A stretch of 64,000 bases of DNA from positions 31,062,001-31,126,000 of the forward strand of contig OZ024755.1 in NCBI GenBank assembly GCA_964016885.1. The letters are read 5' to 3'. How positions within the stretch are numbered: position 1 is the stretch's first letter; every line of letters starts with the position of its first letter. Both the position numbers and the translations under genes were made by a program. Of the stretch, positions 53,192 through 64,000 are shown in pieces. The notes under the pieces are model-generated. The model searched no databases. It saw only the letters and a list, made by a program, of their open reading frames with translations, and was not told the DNA's origin. Source of the stretch: Eledone cirrhosa. Taxonomy: Eukaryota.

Positions 53192-53490
53192 TTATGCCGG
53201 TCGCAGTTTGAAGTTGGAGAATTTAATGGCTGCTTTATGCCTACAGAAGTTTGTTCACTCGATCTTGCTATTGAGCAGCATTTTGTTATATTTTAGAATA
53301 TGGAACAGTTCTATATTGCAGAGTCCACAGTGGGACATTCCGTTGCATTTGATAATTTCGAACAGCTAATCTCATATTCCTGATTAGTGTCATTAAGCTG
53401 CCAGATTTTATTGGCTAGCGTCGTTGTATTTCCAAGTTTTCATTTTTTTATGGAGTGTCTATGCACATACCATCTTTTTTTGAAATCTCA
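53192..53490 (-). mobile_element. second decayed Penelope-like GIY-YIG C-terminus
   Basis: FKKRWYVHRHS..NTTTLANKIWQL..CGLCNIELFHIL..LLNSKIE*TNFCRHK across frameshifts. Confidence 0.7.
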
Positions 53491-54449
53491 TATTTTTATT
53501 ATTATTATTGTTTTCATTTAGGCTGCTACTATGTCCCTATAAATACCAGTGCCTTGTGTTATACACACATTAGTATTCTGATGATTTGATCAGGCAAACA
53601 CTGTAATTAAGGTTGGATGATATAATTTCTAACGATCAGCGGCTTTAGACACTTTCTACAGACCTCTTGGGATCTTACAGACTTTTACTTTTTCTTACTC
53701 TCTTTTTCACTCAATCTCTCTATCTCTTTCTTAACCAAGCTAGTGAAGTTCATCAAGTTTTCTTGGTAAATACAATTTAATTCTACTTTTACAAACAAAC
53801 AAATTCCTGTGTAATTTTCATATAGCTTCAACATGAGCTATTTCCAATAAATTAATACTATGGCGGTTTCGTGTCATCGTGGTTCATTTATACATATTCA
53901 TTTTCTGAGTGATCAAGGAACTATCATATCATCATCTTATTGAACACTTACTCACTTACCTGCACATATGTAACCTCTGGTCATACTGTATTACACCGCA
54001 ATGACCACACAACATAGCAAGCTACAAGTGAGCACACACGTAACAAATGAATCAACACTACAACACAATCAACTAACCAACACGATCATCCAAATAATTG
54101 CTATATATATATATCAACTACATAATCTATAGAAGAATATGTACACAGGTGGAATCATAAGAGAAACTTTATTGCGCTATTTCATACCTATGTAATAGAA
54201 AAATATCAATCAATATAATCGATAATTGAAGACAAACTATCAATTAAATCACATGAGACTGATACTCATCAGAGGTTAGTCTTACCATTCTAAGGGAAAT
54301 ATAGTTATTGAAAATAACAATAATTCATTATATTTTTTTTATTCTGTCGGATTTAAGTAAAAGAGGATCTTTTACTTTTTACCTACAATCTTCGATTTGT
54401 ATGGAACTTTACCCATTTTCAACTTTATCTTCATCATCTTTACACTCAG

Positions 54450-54612
54450 ACACACGGCGGGCTTCCGCAGTTTCCGCCTACCAAATTCTACTCACAAGTC
54501 AATTAATAAAGCAGAGGTAATAGAAAACACTTGCCCAGGGCGTTACTCTGCGGGATTGAACCCAGTCCACGTGGTTCCAAATCGAACTCCTTAACCACAC
54601 AGCCATGTCTGT
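54450..54612 (-). mobile_element. tRNA-derived SINE family C; decayed copies at 60355-60470 and 62215-62300
   Basis: TGGCTGTGTGG A box, GGTTCAATCCC B box, CCTGGGCAAGTGT core, GGTAGGCGGAAACTG tail. Confidence 0.7.
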
Positions 54613-56020
54613 GCATAGAAATGCGATAGACAATTTTTGCGAAACAGATTTTTAAGACAGAAACAGAAGAAACCATAATATGCCTGATTCGGTATTACCG
54701 TTTATTACAAGTTGATCGCCAATATAATTTATCAGAATATCAACATTACACATAGTAATACTTCATTTTAAGAATATAGACATTTCCGGTTATTTCCGTA
54801 AGTGAAAATCACAAGTCGGCCAGGACCGGCAATAATCGTAAATGAAATGAAACATGCCCAAACGAAAGTGAACGTTGTTTGCTTCATGTGTTCGAATAAT
54901 TTATTATGAAAAGAAATCATAAAAATCGAGTGATTTGATATTAAAGAAAATGGTTAAAATTTACATTAAATGGTTGACTCAAATCAATACATTTAAAAAT
55001 TGTATAAATTTAAGGGGATATAGTGCACCGATGTTAATCTCATTCACAGAAATGTCAGCGATCTTAAAGCAAAAGATTACTCAATGTTTAGTTAATTAAA
55101 TCGGACGTTAATATTTGATATTAGAGATTGAATAGTAGAAACGACTTAATGGTAGAATAAAGAAACGTTTATGTTAATTCATAAAAAGTCTAAACCTAAG
55201 AGAGAGAGAGAGAGCAATGCAAAGATGGAAACAGATAGAGAGGGAGAGAAGACGATTAAAAAAGACCAATAAACGAAAAGAACTAATCAGACCCTCGCTT
55301 TCTGTCAACGTTTCCACCAATCAAAATGTCTGTATAGCGACTGAATAGCCGAGCTTCAAGGGACACAATTCAGGACGGCCAATATTTCGTGGAATTGAGA
55401 TCCAGACCTTAAAGTGATTGCTCGCCATAACTGTTTTAAACAGAAAAAGAATCCCCATTTTGCTTAGAATTGGTAGGTGATTTAATAATATTTATATTAT
55501 AAGTTTTTTCAATTATTATTTTCCTGTCCAACCATTCCATGTGCAGATGCCCCCCCCCCCCCAAAGCCTGCATTACCCCCTCCCCCATTTTGGAGGGGGG
55601 TTACAATGTCGGGGACCGTTCTTGTTGAACATCACATCTTTTTCTTCTTTCTTTCTGTTCCTAATTATATATACGTTATTTAACTATTGTTTCTTCTCTT
55701 CTGCTGTGATTATAAATCTTGTAGATTTCCTTCATAGATAAATCTTTTCAGATGAAAAAAAAGATGGCAACCCTTTTCTCCCCCCCCCCCCCCCTATTCC
55801 CTTCCCTTCCAACAACGATTTACTTGAATCTATTAAACCTAATCCCCTTTATTGCTAAAAAGGAATGTCTAATTATTTTATATTTCTCCAGATGAAAGAA
55901 GTAAAATATAATGTCATGCTGTAGAACTAGACATTTTTTTTTTCTTCGTTAGAAATGTACATTTTGCCCCCATCCTCCCCTTTTGAAACCTACTTCTGCC
56001 GGTTGTCTTTATTGTCTCAC

Positions 56021-56066
<46 letters not shown>

Positions 56067-56668
56067 ATTATTATTTAAACCATGTAAGCCCTAAATAAAT
56101 ATATTCTACTTTCTTTAAGGTATGAATTAAGTTAAATGTCTTACTACTAGTCTTAATTTGTAATATCTCTCCCTCTCACGACACATATTAGTAGTTCTCT
56201 TCTATTAAATAGTTGATTTATTTTAAAAATAATTCCCTCCTTTTTATTAATATTTTCTCCTACATATATGGAATAAGTATAGTATTTATTATGTAATTAT
56301 ATGATCTAAAACTACATATACAGACATATATGATATATAACTACATATGTACACACGTCTATGATATATAACTACATATATAACACACATGATATATAAC
56401 ATGACAGTGAGTTAATGCCGGCTGTAGTGGTGGTTGCTGTAGCCGTCATGTTCTCTGAAAGACATGCTAGCAACAATTCACAGCATATATAGTCGCTACA
56501 TCTTTATATATACACATTTATTTCTATCACACTTAGAAAATATATATATATATATATATATATACATACATTTTATATTTTACATTTATAATTAACAAAT
56601 ATTTAGTGCCGGTTTAATTAAAAGTCTGCCACCATTTATTTCACTTGAACTCTCACCATTACTACAGC

Positions 56669-56700
<32 letters not shown>

Positions 56701-57988
56701 TCACATAAATCACGCGTTACTTCTTTCTTTATATACACATATTTTTATTCCTTTTTAAAATATACAATTATATCTAAATAGAATATACATTTATAATTAA
56801 CAAATATTTAGTTCTGGTTTGATCTTCATTCCAGTTTAACTACAATCTAACACAAACCCTTCTGCATCTTCCATTTTGCAGTTATTTATTATACTGAAAT
56901 TTTAAAACCTTATTTCTCCCCTTCTATCCTAAAATAATTATCCTGTTCATTTTTTATGGGTATATTTTTTCTGTAACATTGTTTCATAAAGAGATATTAT
57001 ATTTTCCGCGGTTTTGATTTCTTAATAATTATTTGGTGATGGAAAATGAGAATATTAGATTAGTTTTTATTTATTTTATAGTAAAAAATTTGAGAAAAGC
57101 TATATTTTCTTGTCCCCGAGGGTATTATAGAGAAAAATGGAGGTAAAACAAAACAAATTCCTAATCACGGAGCAAGTGTATCTATGACTGTTAGACATCA
57201 ACTCGCAGCTTTTATTTAATATTTTACTCGCAGCTTTTATTTAATATTTTACAAGATTTGTAGAGCATGTCCAGGTTTAACTATAAATAAATAAATATCG
57301 ATTAAATTTGAGTAAAAAAATAAAATATGTTGATTACACTTCCTTATTCCGCATTTGTTGAGTTACCGCCACAAGAAGTCAGCTTCCTCCGACTTTTTAC
57401 AGCCGTTCCTCCACCTTCCTTATAAAATACAATCACTGTCATCTTGTAAAATGTATTTCGTTCTGTTTCCTTTCTCCAGTGGGGACTTAAGCAGATTTTC
57501 TCTACTATTAAAGTGTTCTAATATTATTATAGACATTTGCGTTACGATCACTATATTTCAAGTACAAGGGCGCCATAGTACTTTACAGCATGTCTTTGGT
57601 ATGTTAAACCTGGCGGCGGCCATCCCCTCCTCCAGTTCTGAGCTGATTTCTTCCAGAGACGGAGAGAGATTGTGAGAGGAAGAATCGATCTGGAAAAGAT
57701 GAAAAGCGAAGTTAGCTTCAGCGATGTTTGAACTCGGGGTGCAGAGAGTCGGAACAAATACTACAAAACATTCCAGCTGACTCTGCTGATTAGCCATTTA
57801 TATGTGTGGTCATTCTGAGAAATTCTACCTTCATTTCCTGCCGCCCTTCCATATATACTCTATACATGTATTCTGGGAGGTAGCCAATACTTAGAATATA
57901 TGTATGTATACACAGAGAGCTGGAGAGAAAGTGAGTGATGTAGGCAGTCTTGTTTGTAGTTTGTATATTACACAAATAAGTAAACCTG

Positions 57989-58027
<39 letters not shown>

Positions 58028-58062
58028 TGATGATATCACCGGCATATATATATATATATATA

Positions 58063-58195
58063 CGTTATTCCGGGTTGAATCGGAGGTAACCACAGTAAGT
58101 AAGGTACTCAATACATTGCAGAGTATAAAAGTTTTAATATAGATGAGATTCTACAGGACTAGAACTGTTTCATTCTTTAGAAATCATCAGGAATC
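58063..58195 (-). mobile_element. 133-bp hammerhead-bearing element (copy of 25668-25801) with a flanking direct duplication
   Basis: Near-identical to 25668-25801; hammerhead at 58147-58195; TATATGCTGATGATATCACCGG at 58021-58042 and 58205-58226. Confidence 0.85.
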
Positions 58196-58507
58196 ATATA
58201 TATATATATGCTGATGATATCACCGGATTCATACGGAACCCGGTCATTTAAATGATCATAGTATAATAAACCTTTCAAGGATTTACACAAGTTCAGCTTC
58301 CTGTTATTTTATTATATTATATATATATATATATATATATTGGTATATAATCGATTGTTGTATGATTTAAATATAATACAGTACGATGATTGAAAATCCA
58401 ACGAGAGGAAGGCAAGGTAGAAATAAAATATGCCGTGTCTGTTGTTCCGTACATGTTCTCGTTTGTATTGTGTGTACTAGCAGTCAAACCAATGCTAGTC
58501 CCGTCAA

Positions 58508-58586
<79 letters not shown>

Positions 58587-59014
58587 GAAGTAACTTTTAC
58601 TAATATACCTACTCTACATCGTACCATATATCGAGTACTTTGATTTGTGGTCTTCACGGCCCCGGTATCGCAGACTCTCAATGTATATATATAACCACTC
58701 TTGGTTTATATTGTCCTACCCAAGTGGCCAATAAAGGAAGAAATATTTTAAAGGGCCAAATCAGACTCCTATCACTGGAGTTTCGCCTGTGTATTCACAA
58801 CAAGCAGGAGACCCAGGGGTCTCCTACTTGTTGGTTTCGCCCTTAAAATCTGTCCAGTGATTCTTTTCTGAGACATTCTAACCACATGCCATTAGTATCG
58901 GAGCTGTATTCACATGGTCATTAGGCAAAAATCCACAACAGACTTGACCTCAGCATAAAAAATATTAATCTACTATGGTGTTGAGGACTCAATTTCGTGA
59001 CCATTAATACTAAG

Positions 59015-59047
<33 letters not shown>

Positions 59048-60247
59048 CCATATCCTTATCTATGCAGTGTATTCCTGGCATTCACAGGTTTTTCCTTAGA
59101 ACCTAACTAATACTTGTTCGTGGAAACCACCGCATATTCGCGGAATCGTAAATATCTTTTTCGATTTAAAAAAAAAAAAAATTTTTTTTCACCCTCGTGT
59201 CAATAATTATTAATAACACGCGAAGGGGCGGCAAATACGGTAGAGTATTAATAATTATTGCCACGGGAAAAAAAAATGTATATATATATATATATTTTGA
59301 TATTTATAGGTGTTTTTTTTAATTATTTATGGACCGCGTCCATTATTCGCGGGTGTTCTGGGGAAGCAATCCTCGCGAATACTGTATATACACACACGGT
59401 TGTATCTCTCTCTTATATATATACGAATAAAAAAATTCGATGTTTTCTCAAATATACGGCGGTATCTATTTAGGGTTTCATTTTCTGTTTCAGGACATGC
59501 ATGTGTGCACACACACACACACATACATATGGTGTGTATGTAATATACATTCACATGGATTGTATTTAAAAGCATATTTTGTCTTGTGTATAAATTATAC
59601 ATTTGCTGGTAGTTTTATAGAAATGTTTGCTTAAATAAATGTCTATACTTCCCCATATATTGCAGCGATATTTCATTGTATAAAGCATGGTTTTTATTTA
59701 TTTAAAAAGCACAGTAGTGTTACGTGTACTTACCTTTCATTAACATTAGGTTATGTATCGATGAATGAACGATTAGAACACCTGTAAAGTACTGGGTTGG
59801 TATAATCGATCTTCCTCTTTTATTGTGTTTAATCTAAAAATTATTATTGGAATTTTGTGCAAATAACTTCTTAGCTGCATATCGGTTTCGATTGATTGGG
59901 AACTGATCACTTCAATCGATTCATCAATATCAATGCAATTTAATGGGTTTTTTTAAATTTTTTAACCCCTGAGATATTTAAAAGTCTGTTTTAATTATCT
60001 GTGGTAATCTTTCTCATTGTCCACGTCATTGAAACAAATTATAAATCTTACACAATCTCCACTTCCATACTCTATAAATTCCCAAACTTCTATTTGTAAC
60101 ATTCTACTGTTAAATCTGAAAATAGAAAATGTTTGTTTGTTTAGATTCTTTGTTTCATTCGTTTGATTGCGACCATGTTGGGGCACTGCCTTGTGATTAG
60201 CCGATTATATAGACTGACCCGTACTTATTTTTTCAAATACTTTCAAA

Positions 60248-60348
<101 letters not shown>

Positions 60349-63300
60349 TACATGTGCATACAACGAGCGTTTACAGTTGCCAATTACCAAATTCCACCTG
60401 CAAGGCATTGGTTAACTTGATAATAAAAGACACTTGCTCAAGGTACCGTGCAGTGGGTTTGAGCCATGAAGTGCGTTGTCCCATGACCATGAGGTGGCAG
60501 GTTCGATTCCTCGGTTGGGTGGTGTGCTGTGTTGATAGTGCTGGGACCCATATTAAAATACTCAAGAAACCTCCTACAAGATGTCGCATTGTAGGACGCC
60601 GGTTAAAACTGTAAGATGTTATGGCTGTCACCCCGCCCCTCCTATCATGAAAGCACCCGAGAAACCGATGAGATACATAACTACGGAGGTAAACTAAATT
60701 TCATTTCGCTTTATATGTATATATATAATATATAATGTGTGTGAAAATTCATTGAATTATCATAAAGCAGTCCTAGACTTTAGAAACTATGTAGAAATAT
60801 TGATTTGGTATTTTGGTACTCAGCCGTGGTTAAAAATATTTCTTCAAAAATGTCTGGTGATTTATTTATTTATTTATTTTTTTCTCTGGTAATTTTTTTG
60901 ATATGACTATTGCCTCTGGGTTTAAGTCTAATTTTAGTTAAGTATATTTGATGGTTTATTAGACCTTCTTTCAACCAAGATGACTAAACAATATCACTTG
61001 TGTCTTATATACGAATTTGAGATATTTGCTAGACTGTTCTTAATATTCTCTGTTAAAATGGGAACAAGATCCTATATACCACGAAATGCAGTATTTTCTG
61101 TGTCAAGCCTAAATAGCAACAACGACGTAAGCAACCGGTGCCTTCTTGAAAAACAAACAAACAAACGGTGGAGATAAAGCCGTTATTACTTTACAGTTGG
61201 TGTAATGTTTTAAATATTAAGTTGAAAGTATTAAGTAATGTAACATTATTTAATCCTACTTAGTTTTAGTAAAATAAAATAATGCAGTCTTATGAATTTT
61301 CTCACTTTACTATACAAACCTGTGATATTGTTAAATTCAGATTTCCGGCGGCAAAACATATTTACTCTATATGCAATATAAATGTGTGTTTGGTGGGAAA
61401 TGAAAATGCATCACATATATATATATAATGGCATATGACTTATTTATCGACTTCGACTGCTGAAACTGACCAGTCATAGTTTCCATTGCCTTAAATTCAA
61501 ATCTCACCGAAGTCAAGTTTGCTTTCCATTCTTCTGCTGTCAATAAAATAGGGGACCAGTCTAGCTGCATGCACATTACGTGTGTGTATTATATATTTAT
61601 ACACGATACATTGCATCCTCTGATGTTACTAACTCATCACACACACACACACACAAAGTACTGTCAATTTTATGGTTTGGCTTATGGTTGAAAGGTGTCA
61701 TCAACCAATGTACTCTGTTATGGTTGAAAGGTGTCATCAACCAATGTACCCTGTTATGGTTGCACGTGCCAGTTTTACCAAACATTTTCACGTCACTTGA
61801 AACACGCAACTTATTCCAAAGCAATACATTCCCAGCACTTAACCGTATATATCTTTTTAATATATGATTTTATCTGTTGGATATGTAATATTTAATTTTT
61901 GAACAAGACAGCACAGTTGAGATGGTGTGCTGGAGAGGCAGTTGTGCTGATATGATGTGTATTGAACAAACAGGATTTTGATACTTTTAAGGAAATGGCT
62001 GTGCTCAGAAAGGGAGTTGGTAGGAATTCCATCTGGAATGGACCTCTGCTGGTTTTGATGGTGTGTTTCAGTTTGATTAACATGCAAGCCTATCCGTGAA
62101 ATTAATGTGCAAGTGGCTGAGCATTCTACATACGCGTACTATTAATGCAGTTCTCGGGGAAAATCAGCATACTAGTGTGATAAGGTTAGCCCTTTGAATT
62201 ACAAGTTCAGTCCATCTACAGGCTTCCATACAGTTTCTATCTACCAATTTCACTAACAAGGTTTTGGCTAATCCTGCTCAAGCTACCACACTGTCAAGTG
62301 AACTTTGAGCCAATGTAAACAAGCTGAGCAAGAAAGTAGATTTTATATGTGGCAATATATATTTATCTATCTAGGGTGGGTAAAATTCCCGAGATACAAT
62401 ATATAAAACGTTTTAAGGCCATTTTCCCTTCAGGTTTAAAACTCATCATAGGGTCTTTTTTATGCAATGTTTTATTGTAGGATGTCCTTCATGGCACTAA
62501 CCTTTTTTTTTTTACCTCTTACTGCATGCTGAAATATAGTGTCTAAGCTGGATGCACATAATGTTTAGAGTGTGAAATTGTGTTGTTTAGTGGTTAAGGG
62601 TGTTTGATTTTCAAATCAGGTAGTGTACTTGAGCGAGACACTTAATTTTATGTTGCTCCTGTTAATTCAGCTGGCAAAAATAAGTTGTGTCTGTAATTCA
62701 GATTGATTTCCTTCAGAACTTTAAGAGTGCAGTTGGAAATGATGGAGGCCCAACTAACATATGTCTCATCATTTTTACACCTATTTTGCCATGCTTGTAT
62801 GGGTTTGAAAGGTTCTCTCCCACACATCTTGTGTTCCATATCTTCCTTTTCCAAGATTCTTTCCACTTAGATGTCCTGTCATTTCCTTACCCAGTTATCA
62901 CCCATCTACCATGCAATGTTGCACAACAAGCAGGGCTACTAACTCTTTTTTTTTTTAGGTGTCCAGAGCGTCCTTCTTCATTTCTATTTAGGTTACTTAA
63001 ATAACATATACCGACATACACGTCTTCTATTATACCGAATATCTCATTATAAACAAATTTTCACCATTTGTATCTATTTTTTAGTCTGTTCTGCTCTCTC
63101 TCTCTCTCTACACACACACACATACATGCATGCATGCACAAACGCACGTTATATTATGTTCGATGGCCCTTATTTGTTATAGATGCTCTGATATTGTACC
63201 TAGAAAGTTCCTTGACAAGATCCCTTGTGAAGCCAAGCCCGATAGAGATTGGCACCAGGGCCAAAGTAGCCTCTCATACGTACTAACTGCTCAGACAATT

Positions 63301-63497
63301 CGCCATGTCATCTTCCATTCCTAGCATCACACACATACACACAGTAATAATAATAAATTTGAAGACTAAAATCTAAAGAGGGCTCGATAAGGATAAATAT
63401 ATATACCCGTTAAGGGTGAAAGCAGCGATTTTTTGCTTAAACTTTAATCTGTTATTTTAATATATATATATATATATATTAAAATAACAGATTAAAG

Positions 63498-63537
<40 letters not shown>

Positions 63538-64000
63538 GATTTCATCTTGAAAATAGTTTAAATATAAAGATTTTGAAAGACAAGCAGTCAATAGATGAAG
63601 TGTTATGGTTTGTGTGTAAAGAAATGTTTTTTTTTTTACTGTCTTTGAATCTTAGCATTTATAATTTTTGTGGCAAAATTTCATTTCACTGTTAAATGTG
63701 ACATGCTGTAGAGAAATGGCACTTCTCATTTATAGACCGTTATACTTCACATTAATATTTATTGAATAAATTTTATGTTCGTTACATAATTCTTTGTTAC
63801 TACAGTTTAGTTCCCAACTCTCTTGGTGGATATTTTTAAATGGAATTTTACAGATACATTTTAAATGATGTAGAGATCTTACTATTATGTTTTAAAAATA
63901 ATTTTTATTCGCAGTTGTATAAATAACATAAATCGTTTGCAATTATTTTAGAATGAAAATATAAAGAGAGCATATGAATAAATTTACAGTAGAATAACAT

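Noticed and set aside
52880-54295. Further CTGATGA cores on the minus strand (about 52894 and 54266)
   Set aside because: No correctly placed GAAA or stems were found.

Overview
AT-rich, repeat-dense animal genomic DNA, most likely from an octopod cephalopod. This is an inference from the [10 protein letters not shown]-type C2H2 array, tRNA/CORE SINEs, RTE LINEs and long (TA)n tracts. Host genes are a single-coding-exon 15-finger C2H2 zinc-finger gene (10163-11521, -) and an intronless TMEM62-like metallophosphoesterase/membrane protein (44685-46685, -). There is also one orphan exon resembling BRE1/RNF20-40 (4432-4588, +). The rest is mostly mobile DNA: a near full-length CR1-type LINE with a G-GGA-AAC -1 frameshift junction, many RTE LINE pieces and their partner SINEs, a DD37D Tc1/mariner deletion derivative, piggyBac derivatives, Helitron-like repeats, an R4/Dong-like fragment and inverted minisatellite arrays. 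The most striking signal is not in the ORF track. About ten well-formed minimal type I hammerhead ribozyme motifs, from at least seven unrelated sequence families, sit in short islands inside or beside (TA)n tracts, and several islands are long palindromes. One ~1 kb inverted repeat encloses a Penelope-type GIY-YIG C-terminus, so I read the set as Penelope-like element (PLE) pseudo-LTR remnants targeted to (TA)n with 5' inversions. All calls were made by eye, no database search was run, and repeat boundaries are approximate.
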